Shown: positions 41,501 through 53,500 of the stretch, piece by piece
Layout: each line of letters opens with the position of its first letter
Position numbering within the stretch: the stretch's first letter is position 1
Assembly: GCA_000934665.2 (NCBI GenBank)
Contig: JYFJ02002575.1
Span: 1 to 54,482 of the forward strand
From: Catajapyx aquilonaris
Taxonomy: Eukaryota
Direction of reading: 5' to 3'
DNA length: 54,482 nt
Notes under the pieces: generated by a model
Databases searched by the model: none
Seen by the model: only the letters and a program-made list of their open reading frames with translations
Told to the model about the DNA's origin: nothing
Program-made: the position numbers and the translations under genes

Positions 41501-44500
41501 CACAATCAGCCGAGGATGCCCGCAGTATCATTGATACAACTATTTATTAATATATTTAAAAAAAAAACGTGTCAAAAGCTGCTCGAAAATGTATTTTAAA
41601 AATATCGATGCTTTACTTCCAAAGTATCGATGTTTTACTTCCAAAATATCGATGCTTTACGCCTAAAAATATCGATACGTCCTATTCAAAATATCGATGT
41701 ATTGTGTCAAACATATCGATATTTGTTGTTGAGGGACGTATCGATAAAGATGGCGGCGCCAAAGAAAATTCTGGACAAAGCGACAATCGGTTTCGTTTGG
41801 AACAAAGAGGCAAATATTGGGGCTGGACCCGCACTGATCATGGGGCCGAACCTGCACACGGGCGACCCAGGGGCGGAACCCGTTGAAGGCAGGATAAGAA
41901 CAGTTAGCGGGGCAATCATGGACACGTGGGGTAATGATGAACAAAAAAAAAGGGGGGAAAAACTTCACATTCCATATGTATATATTTGTTTCAAAACTAA
42001 TTTAATATTTGACATTTCAGAGCAAGCAGAGTCCAGTGGAGGAGCTACTGAGGCAAGCAGACCAGCTGATTTCGAACCAGAAGGGCAGGGCGGAGGTGTA
42101 CGCAGCTATGGCAGATTCATTGGGAGCCGCTTGGAAGGACCTCAACGCACAGCTGGAGCTCAGGAAGGTCATACTGGACATGCACGTCACTTTCCACACG
42201 TACGTACTGATCAAATCTTGCCAATTGCTGTTTGCTCACATTGCGTCTATTTTACAGGCGAAGCAGCGAATTCCTGGAACGCCTTCAGTCCCTGGAGAAG
42301 GTTTGCCGTGATCCTTCGTTACCATCGGAGACGGATCATGCGAGACGGTTGATCTCTCAGCTGGCAGATTTGAAGAAGTCGATGCTCGAGACATCTATGT
42401 CTGCCCTTCAGGAAGGCCAGATTTTGCTGGAGAAGCTAAAAGAAGTTGTTGCTGTTGGAACGTTGGACTCTAGGCCAGGCGAAGTTCGAGTCCCAGCACA
42501 GTTTGCCCAGTCGCAGGTTGAACATTGGATTGAGAGCCTCCATGACAAGAGGAAGATTGTCGAAGTTCTGTGGATGCGAAGGAAAAACCTTTTAGAGCAA
42601 TGTTTAGCATTGAGTCTGCTTAATAAGGACTTGGATCAGGCTGAAGCCGAGCTTAAATCAAAGCGAGATGCACTTGGACGTTGTAAACAGTTGGGAGATT
42701 CATCATCAAGTGCTGAGGTTCTCTTGATTGAGCATGATAAATTACTGCCTGCTGCCAAAGAGCTTCAAGACCGTACCTTAAAGCTGACACGAACGGCAGA
42801 GCAACTGTGCATGTCTGGTCATTACGCTGGTGAGGCAGTCAAGTCTCGTGCTTACAATGTGCTGGAGCAGTCCACAAGCTACACTTCCATGATTGAAGAC
42901 AGACATATGTTGCTAGAGGAAGCAGTCAGCTTTTTCAAACATGGACAATCAGCCTTGACGAAACTTGATCAGCTGGAGATGAGGCTGGCGACTTCAGACA
43001 CTTCAGGGCTGGCGCAGTTGCATTCCCAGGTTGCGCAGGCAGTTCATGATGCGACTGCAACTCCAATACATTTAGGAAGGGGACTGCTGGAGAAGGTGGG
43101 GGTCACAGGGGCTGCCGGGGCTCAGGTGAGGCTCACTTTTACATCTTCATTTTAAGTGTAAGGAAGTGATATAACGATATGTTGATATTTCGGGATAATG
43201 CTAGTACACAGTATCCATTACATATCTAGTCATTTTGTCACAACTTTTGTGACATCCAAGTTAACTATGGATTGCACCACACTTTGTAAACTGTTTATCT
43301 GGAGAAAAATATTAAATACCAAAACTTGGAACAATTGCCCAAACAGGTACCTTATGATATCAGTAAAGTTTTCACACTTGTTCAGAATTACTTCAGTGTG
43401 TAGTTGAAACTACACTGCATTGATGAAATTGTTACAGTTTTGTAGTCACTTACTTGGAAACATGATGGAGTTAGCTGAAGAAAGATTGTTTGTTTGCCCT
43501 ATGTAATTGTCAATTTCATAAGGTTTTGCATTATTGTGCGCAATTACGCTGTATACGCTGTATTATAGGTATATGAAAAATACTAAAGCATAACACTATA
43601 TGGCAGATATGGTTCCTATTTGAATTGTAGTTAAAGGGCCACTCCGCCAAAATTAAACCTTGAAATTACTGCAAACATCACATGACCTTCAAAATGCATG
43701 CTGGTGAAAGTCTGTTGTTGCACTCCATAAGGAAGCCATGAATTTTCGAAGTACGGTATTAAACTGTCAAGAGCATGGGACCAAGTATGATGTCAGGTGT
43801 AACTCACTTTAACAATTGTGGCTTCGCTATTTTCACACTTCACAGCCATGTCTTTTGCTTGTGTTGCCGTTGGATGCGACTGTATCCAATGGGGAAGATT
43901 TGGCCTTGTGTTTCTAGCACTGAAAGGATTATGAAGTGGCTAATGAGAATTGAAAGGGCTGGCACGTGAGAGAATAGGTGTGCTTCAATGGTTCAAAGTA
44001 ACAGTGAGGAAGACATTGAGTTTTTCATATGTCCAGAAACTTGATTGGGAGTGAGCAGTGTGTCCTTAGTTGTCTTTGCGCCCAGATGAACTAATCATCC
44101 ATGAACTGTGTGCTTGCAGGGAGTGAGAAGAATGGTGGAAGAGCTGGAAAACAGGAAGATAAATCTTCTGTCCAGTTGTAGTGCACATAAGGAGGAGAAT
44201 ATGAGAGTAACGAAGGCTGTCAATATCTTCCTGGAAAGATTTAATGAGGTAAATGACATGGTTTTTTACTCATTTTTGACTCACAGTATGGCAGTGAAAT
44301 GGACAATTATGTTATTGTTTTTACAGCTTTATGGTTGGCTGGTCAGCATTGGTGGTGCATTTGTGCAGGGTCACCAGGATATGGGCAGTGTTTTGGCCAT
44401 GGCCAAAGACTTCCTTGAATTACATCAGAGGCTCTTGAATGACATGCAGGTAAATAAATCTTTGCACTTTGATTGACAATAATACGTCAGTGACTAGACC

Positions 44501-47500
44501 ATTACATGAGAAATTTTTGTGTAAATTTCCTTAGCTTAATTTATTGTTGTTCTTGTATGCTGACTATATTTTCATTTGGCAAGTGAAATTGCAAATTGGG
44601 CAAGTTGCTTTCATTTTATCAAGTGACTTGGTGTTTGATATATACCAGGGAAATTAATTGTTGGTTTGTGCTATAATTTTCAGATGAAACGAACAGAGAT
44701 TGAATCGTTTATGAAGTCCCTGACCCCACTGTCAGAAGTTGTTGATCCATCACAGCGCAGTGACTTGGAGCACAAAGCCGAGGAGCTACGTACAGAGTGG
44801 TCCCAGTTGAACTCGCTTCTGGAAGTGCGGATTGAGTTGGCCACGGTGTACGTCAAGTTCCACAAGCTGGCTGTCCAGCTGGCCAAGGACATGGAGGACC
44901 TTGAGAACCTGATCAGAGAGGCAGACGACCCCATCTCAGAGCAGGCTTTCCAGAGGGTGGAAGAGACCTGGCTGTCCATGCAGCAGATGTACATGCAACT
45001 GGCAAAGACAGGGAAGAATTTCATAGAGGATGCCAACAAGGTGAGAATGGAAAACATGTGTGGCTTGTTCTGCACATTTGTTTGTTTGAAGTCTGCACCC
45101 TTCTCTCTTTTTTTGAACTTGACTCTGTCAAACATGGGTGACGTATTGCCCCCAGGAAGTAAGTCATGTATGCACATCCTGTGAAAAATGTATGCACAAG
45201 GGGCGCGGCACAGTGATTTAATGGCTTATGTCATAGCCTCTGAAGTCCCACGTTGGATCTTTGTTGTCAAAAAGATGTTCATGGAAATAATGCACTATTC
45301 ACCCTTGTTATTCACCATGTGGGTAATTACACAAGGAGACATGAATGACAATTGCTGTGCTCTATAGTCAAAGGTTAATGCCAAGATGCTACGATCGGGA
45401 TTTGGAATGTCAAAGTATTGGATCTCTGTGGCGTCATAAATACGGCAAGCAGGAAAAGTTATAGCGAGCCAATTTGTGCTTTGGCTCAGAAAACGCACAG
45501 TAAAAGTTGAACTTCCCCAAATTCTGTTGAATAAAAAAAATGTGAAGGTGTAGAAAGGCTGGGGTTGAAAGGCCCCATTTGTGTCTGTGAAGTGTCGGCT
45601 GTAAAATACTTGGAAGGCATGTATATATACCCCTTGCATGGATGTGTGACAAGTGGTGTGTGTGTGTGTGGGGCTGGCTGGGATCCAATCCCTTTGCCTC
45701 CTCCCTCTTTTTTTTTTGAGACTCAACTTGCTATCTTGCACTTCTCCTTTGCAAAAAAAAAAAATTATATATAAAGGTCTCAGACCCCTACTTGGATGTG
45801 AAGAGAGCCTGCTTGTGCGTGGAGACTCTCCTGGAGCACCTGGGCAGCAGACAACTTTCGCTGACCACCTTTTGGCACGACTGGCAGGCACAGGTCACCG
45901 TTGGAAGGGAGTTCACGGAACGCTGGCAGACACTAATGTCAGAGTCGAGGAAGGTCTGTCTGATTACGCTTACTTCTGGTGTACTTGCAATCACTTTTGG
46001 AGATTCTAAACATTGCTTTTATAAAATGCATGCTCACCTTCTAATTTTAATCAGATGAAAAGCAATATTGAAAGTGTTCCTCTGCAATACTCTAGTTCAG
46101 TTATGTTTAGTTTCACTACACCACAGTTTCGAAAATGAAAAATTTATTGCGGTTACATGTGTGCCTTCAGATCATATGAGGCATTACATTGCAACATTAC
46201 AGTCAACGTAATTAATTTTGACATACGGTTATGAGACGTTAAAGGTATTATTGACATAGGCTGGCTGCGTCCCAGTTGGTGGAAAAGTGTAGACTGATTT
46301 GCCCTCAGCACAGATCTGAGTTGGCAACGCAGAGGAATTCCCAGACAGAATATGTTCTTAGTGCAGTGAAAAATGTTCACGTGAAAGTTGTCACTTGCAG
46401 CCATGAGAATTGGTCCTTGTTTTCAGACGATATCGTGGGTGAGCAAACTGGATGTGCAGTTCTACCCAGTACTGACGAGTGAGAATGTCCAAGCCAAAGT
46501 TGTGTTTCGAGAGTTGGAAGACAAGCTGCAGACATTTGTTCCCGAGGTGAAGAGAGCACTGGCGGAGATAGAGCTGAGGATGAAGAGTGTCGAAACCCAA
46601 GGGCAGAAAGGTTGGAAATCTCTCCCCATTATTTTCTTTCCCACTCTCTTTCATCCTGTCTGTACCCCCATTTTTTTTTTTCTGTCTCTTTGGCTTCCAA
46701 TGCATGTTGGTGCAATGAGAGTCTTGAAAAGCGAGTGAGTTTCCTCTTCCTCGTTCTTCTCTCTCAGAAGGAGAGGAGGAGGAGGAGGAGGAAAGTGGAG
46801 CGCTGCAGTTCTAATTTCAGTGTTGAATGACTTCCAGTTGTGTGGGTGTCTTTGAAGCCCACAAACTCCGGGTAAAATTAGATGTTCTGGAATCGCCTGC
46901 TGCATTTTACTATTTCTTTTCACCTGCTGAACTCGAAAGAGTCAGTGGCTATTTCTCATGCATACTTTTCGTGCATGATTATGTTCTTCTCATAATGTGT
47001 CGAGATATGTAATTAGAATGTACTGCCAATTTTATAAAGTGTTGCAAAATGTACGTCAGTCATGAATAACAATTTGAACCCAGATTTAGCATTTTGTAGC
47101 TTATGACAACCATATAAATTGGCTGTTAATGTCTGACAGAAGGTCACGACTATTGGAAGGAATACTAGTCCTATTAAAACTTCTGGCAACATTTTGGAAA
47201 AGTATTACTATCTGGTATATAATTAAACAAGTTTCTTATTGTGCGCTGCTCTGGCATAAGGATGGTTTTAGACACACGTATCATGACAGGTGACACGCAA
47301 GGACAGAGGGAGAAGATAACCTCGGAGCTCTCAACCCAAAACCAAAGATTCCAAGTTCTTCTGACTGAGTACCAAGCCCTGATGCAAATGCTTATTGCAT
47401 TCTTCAAGAACTTGGCAGAGGTACAGTCCTTTCTCTCTCTCATCTGTGACGGGCATGCATTTGAACTATTTTTTATGTACACAGTTGGACAAAATGGTGG

Positions 47501-50500
47501 AGAACCTAAAGATCCAATACCACACCACAATCCTGCCAAGCGATTTGTCCGAAGTTGAACTAATGCTGAAGGAGCACGAGGCATCAAAGCAAGCTGTGAT
47601 GGAGCTGTTCAAGTTCACGCAAAATGAAAGCGCACAGATTATATCTAGGATACAACAACAGGTTGGACTTTATAGACAGTACATCTTGCGGATATTAATG
47701 TCTTGTTTCACTAAAAGAATTGTAGACAATGTACCACGTGTCATTTTTGCACTTAATTTAGTACTCTTAGGTGCTATTATTGTATTTCAAATGAAGGTAG
47801 CATGTATTTTCTCTCTGCAGGAGCCACCCGAGGCTGCTGATCATGACATAGCCAGGATTAAGTACGTCCTAATCTTGAAGCAGAAGGAATGGGAAGTCGC
47901 ATGGGAAGAGAGGAAGCATCAGCTCGAGTCGCACCTGCAGCTCTGCCAGTTTAACTCTGATCTCCACCAGATTAACGGCCAGTTGAATGATCTCAGTCGC
48001 CAGCTGTCCAATATGAAGGGCCAGTACGGAGAGTCATTGTCCACTGCCAAAGCCACTTCACTTGCTTTCCACAACTTTGAGCGAACAATCGAGGTAAATT
48101 TGGTGTAACATTTACGTATGGTTTTTGAAAGATAGGTTACACATACCTTAGTAATGTTAATCCAAAATTTTCATTTTCACAGCTTCTGGAGCATCGCATA
48201 ACCACCTTTGTTAGTACAGCTGAGAAGATGCTTCAGGAGCAGCACCTCTATTCGCATCACATTCGTTTCGAGCTTGACCAGCTGAGGTCAAAGTGGAGCT
48301 CATTCTACACCCAGGTTGGAGAGACTCGCAGGCTCATAGATCTTAGCATTGAGTACTTCCAACTGGTGGAAGAGGTGAGAGAGCTTTTTTGGCTTTTCGC
48401 GACACACTACTTGCATCCTACACTCATCCTCTGTCTGTTTGCATGCAAAAAAAGGGGCTTAGTAAACGGTAAGTGGTGTACTAACCAATTTAGTAGTGCG
48501 TTTGGATCATTGCGGATGGACTAATTGTGACCTCTTTGCAAAGGCTGAAGATTGGTTCAAAGAAGGGAGCAAGCTTCTAGTCAGCATCGCCAGGCAATCA
48601 AGTGCGGTTAGGAGCCCAGAAGAAGCCAACAGGTTGTTGGAGCAGGTCAATTCATTTGTGAGGCCTGGAGAAGCCAGGCAGGAGGATCGGATTAGGCGAA
48701 TAGCATCCATGACTGTGCATCTTTACGGTGAGTTCCAGTTATTAAAATGGTGTGTCCGTGGAAGTCATTATCTTGGCTGATCTGTGAGAAAGTGACTGTA
48801 ACATCGATTTAAAAATATGTGGAGCTCAAAAATTTCCAATGTTAATGATTTTTAACTTTTTTTTTGCCTTTAAATTGATTGAACCGACATGTAGTTCAGA
48901 ATGCGTGATTGCATGCGATTTGAGCCAGACAGTCTTCCACGTGACTTACAGGTTGAATGCACCTAGTAATACCCGCTGTTTCTGTGCCAAGCAGGCGAAG
49001 ACAGGTCAAACGTTTTCAACTCGGTTGTAAAAGAGAACCGCGACCTGGTTGAGTCCTTTGTCCTCATAAATGAACAACTCCGCTCTCTAACCATCAACCT
49101 GCAGCAGGCCGAAGCCCAGCGCCAGAGACAACTCAAGGTAAGATTAGGTCAATATGGATCTTATTAACATTGTTGCCAAAAAAAGGGCGCGATCCTATTT
49201 CAAGATGGAGACACTGCACCTCCCAAAAAAAACGAGACTTGGCAACCCTCATGAAAACACTGCCCTATAGAACGGTTAGAACTTGGCAGTGAGCTCAGTG
49301 GGGCTTTAAGGTTAGGGCTTGATTTGGCGGCGCCCAAAAAAAACCTCCTTCCCCCCTCCGCCATTTGCTACACCATACCTCCTTTCTACCCACCAGGAGA
49401 AGGAGGAGGCACAGGCCAACTTGGCAGCTGCTCAGGCGGAAGTGGCTGCGGCCAGAGCGGCTGCCGCTGCTGCAGAGGAAGCACGCAGGGCTGCAGAGGC
49501 TGCGGCCAAGGCCTTGAAGGAGGCCACTGCTTTCTCGCAAGTGCAGAAGGTGAGACATTGTTTTTAGGATTCATACTGGGTGAGTCATAACATTATTTTC
49601 TGCTACCGTTTCCAACTCGCAGACTATATAGGTCTGCACTCCGACCAACAGTGACTGCAGTAGGCATCAGTCCAGCATCACATATGAGTTACATATTATA
49701 AGTGCCTCTCACTAGTTTCATGTGATGCGTATTGGCTTCCAGTCCAAAAGACTTGCCTGCAGTTTTCCTTCAATATGATGTTATGAAATGCATAAGTGTT
49801 GTGACTCACTCTGTGTAAGTGGCAGTGCAGTCAGCAGGTTTGGCTGCTGAACAACTGATCCGTTCAGTTTTAAAAGTCTGCAAACGTCTAACCAGAAGTT
49901 CTGCTTCACCCAAACGCTGTATCACATGTATTTGCGGTTCATGATTTAGAAGAAAGGGAAATAATCCTACTGTTGCTTGTCATGTGTGCCCATTGCTTAA
50001 ATGAAGAGTTTACCGAACACTGACGGCGATTATGCCACTGCTTTTGTTCAAAATATTGGTCATACCATCTGACATGTCAGTGTCTTAACATATTAAATAA
50101 GCAGATTACATTTTGATGGAGATGAACTCATTTTTAGTATGGCAGAAGTGGGTTGCAAAAAAGATCTCTGAAGATATGTGGCACTGGTCCAGCCTTGAAG
50201 CAAACTCGACCCAACAGGTACTAGGACGCCTACGTTGAGAATTTGCGGCTCTAAAATTACTAGAGGAAGTCATCATGTATGAGCAACTTATTTGAATTTA
50301 TCACTATTTCCATTAATTACACGGGCACCTTAAAAACTTGAATAATGTGCTAGGAAAACTTGTAATTTTTCAGCAAGCAAGGCAAAAATACATTTATTGC
50401 TAATAATTTCAACAGGTCACAATGTTAAGGAGATTTTTTAGAGTCAACAGTATTTTTAATTTGAATTTTGTGCTTTAAGCTGCTGATCAACTGATATTGG

Positions 50501-53500
50501 ATGTTCATCTAAATTAATCAATCCGTGGTTGTAACTGTGTGCATGTATGTTTTGCAGGTGGAAGTGTTGGAAAGGTTTGCTTATCCAATCCCACCCTCAC
50601 CTGAACGACCTACGAGAGAACCGAGTCCTCCAAAGAAGGCCAAGTACGTGGAGGAACTACCACGACCACTGGCTCCGATCTTCACCGTTCCCTTAAAGGA
50701 CATCACTATCCAGGAAGGGAAAAAGTTCCGATTTGAGTGCCGTGTTACTGGATTCCCAATTCCAGAAATTACTTGGTATAAAGACAGGATCTCAATCCAG
50801 AACAATCCAGACTACCAGACTGGCTACCACACTGGTATTTGCACCCTCAGCATAGACGAGACTTTTACAGAAGACTCGGCCGTGTTCACCTGCAAGGCTG
50901 CTAATGCTGCAGGAACTGCGGAAACAAACGCCAAACTTACTGTGCAAGGTAAGGTTCAGAAGGTTTATTCAGATGTAGGAAGAAATGCGTCAAGCACATA
51001 CTTCGTTTACTTACAGAGTCGGAGTCCACTGAGACACTCAGCCCACCTCGTTTTACCCAGAAGTTTGAGTCAGGAGTGGCCAGAGAAGGAAGCACCTTCC
51101 AGTTCCAGTGCTTTGTGACTGGTAACCCATTACCTACAGTGCAGTGGACAAAGAACGACGTCTGCATCGACAATTCTTCAGACTACGTTATTACCTTCAA
51201 CAACGGTGTGTGCACTCTTCGATTTGAGGAAGTTTTCCTGGAAGACCAGGCCGAGTACCTGTGCAGAGCTACAAACAAACTTGGAATGGACCAGAACACT
51301 GCAAAACTCACTGTCGAGCGTAAGTTTGTGTTATCTGTTCAAAAGCTGTGTAGATTGAAATGTTGACTGCTTACTTGGTAATCAGGGATATCCTTTTTTT
51401 TAGCTCTTGAGCCGACAGAGGCACCATCATTTGTGGTCCCCTTGTCAAACGTGATGGCCAGAGCAGGACAGAAGATCAAACTGGAGTGTGAAGTTGCAGG
51501 ATTGCCAGGACCGCAAGTGAGCTGGCTGCACAACAACAAGCCCATTAAAGAGACCTTTGATATTAAGGTGAGCATGAAATTGTGAGCATTAAAAAAAACA
51601 AACAGTGTTGCAAAAACTTCGATTTTTACGGGCGACACGGTGGCCGAGTGGTTAGCGCCGCAGCCTTCCACCTCTAAGGTCCCGAGTTCGATCCCCAGGT
51701 CGGGCGGAGGATGCTTATGTGGATAGAGTATCGATGGGTTCTCCCCGTGTTCGCGTGGGTTTTCTCGGGGTTCTCCCGTTTCCTCCCACTATCAAAATCC
51801 ATCACATTTCAGGCAAATGATTAAAGTCGGTAATTCAAAAGATGATCCCCTAAGAGGCCCAAGGGGCCTATATCACGGGGTATCCATTATTATCATTAAC
51901 TTTGATTTTTACAGACGCAGTTTGATGGGAAGAAGGCAACTCTGGTAGTATCGGAAGCTTTTCCGAAGGATGCAGGGACGTACATTGTATCAGCTAAGAA
52001 TATTGCGGGAGAAGCTACCAGCTCATGCAATGTGTCTGTGAAGGTAATAAGCCAATTATTATAATACAAATTATCTGATCTAGATGATAACATGGAGGAG
52101 TATAAAATTATTTTTAATTTATTAGTACTTTGCCAAAACGAGGGAGATCTATCATTCCATGTCATTTTTCTCACTCTCAGATTGAAGGATATTGAGTTGT
52201 TCCTTTTTGGTTCAGATTATTAAAATTATGCGCTTCTCCTGCAGGGACGCTTGCCAACTGAAACATCTGATTCCGAGCTGGCAAGTGACATGGAGCCCGT
52301 GAAGCCAATGATCCAACTTCCTCTGGCTGATGCGAAGATCTTGGAGGGAACCAAGATCCGATTCGATTGTGTCATTGTCGGCCAGCCAGAACCAGAAGTA
52401 TGGTAACCATACAACTGGACTTGATTGAACGTGCGACTAATTTGTATCTTTTCACCAAGGTGATTTGGTACCACGACGAGCGACCTGTGAAGGAATCGAG
52501 CGACTTCCAGCTCCTCTTCCATGGCGACAGGTGCTCCCTGATTATTCAGGAAGCTTACCTGGAGGATGCTGGAGAGTACAAGGTTGTTGCCATCAACTCT
52601 GCTGGAGAAGCCTCCAGCAAGTGTAGGCTCACTGTTGAAGGTATGTCAAATTGTTATGGCAAAGGACGCTGCATAATAACAATTTGGCAAATAATAATTT
52701 TCAGCTCTTCCTGAGACAAGCGTGACCAAGACTAAGGAAGTGCTCGTGAGCGTGACAAAGGCAGAATCGCCAAAGTTTACCAAACTTTTGAGTGACATAG
52801 CAGCTAAAGAAGGTGACAGGGTCTTGATGGACTGTGCAGTGAGAGGAGACCCAACGCCTACCATAAAATGGTACAAGAACAATCAAGAAGTGCAGGATCC
52901 ATCAATTGTTCAGGTGTGCCAGTAAAGAATTACTCTGAACGTAACTCTGTGATGTTTGTGATTTCTCGGGAAGTTACGAGAATATGACTTGAAATTGACA
53001 CAGTGTGTAAATCATCTTGTGTTGCAGGTCACACCAGACGGCAAAACGTCATTGACGATAGCGATGATGACACCTGACCATCGTGGTGTTTACACCGTAA
53101 AAGCCAGCAACACAGCGGGAGAGGCCAAGTGCATCTGTGAGCTGTCCTTGAAGGTGGATGTTAGCAGGGAAGAGGCTCCCAGCTTCCCTCCAAAATTCCA
53201 GACTCTCTTTGGAGATCAAAACGTACAATCTAGGCTGCCAGCAAAGTTTTCATGTGTCATCACCGGGAAACCAGTTCCTAAGGTATTCACAGCACGAATC
53301 ACTGATTACTTTAAAAAAAAATAAGCTCAGACAATAAGAAATGTCTGGACAAAATGTTGCGTTATGATGCGAAGAAGTTCCAGATCCAAAATTACTCAAT
53401 AAATCCCTTGTTCTTTTCAGGTTCAGTGGTTTCATAAAGGGAACTTGATTCCTTCGGGAGACAGGACTTTTGTGACTTCTAGTGATGGTGACCATCATAC

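Noticed and set aside
41603..41746. Regularly spaced repeats with variable spacers resembling a CRISPR array
   Set aside because: The repeat core is only 7-8 bp with ~15-bp spacers, there are no cas genes, and the context is a eukaryotic intron.
49397..49549. Ala-rich low-complexity segment suggesting a repeat expansion
   Set aside because: It uses mixed codons inside a well-bounded in-frame exon and is an ordinary helical linker between the spectrin and Ig regions.
51630..51705. tRNA-like sequence with A and B boxes
   Set aside because: No proper acceptor stem. It continues into a V core and tail with a TSD, so it is a SINE head, not a tRNA gene.
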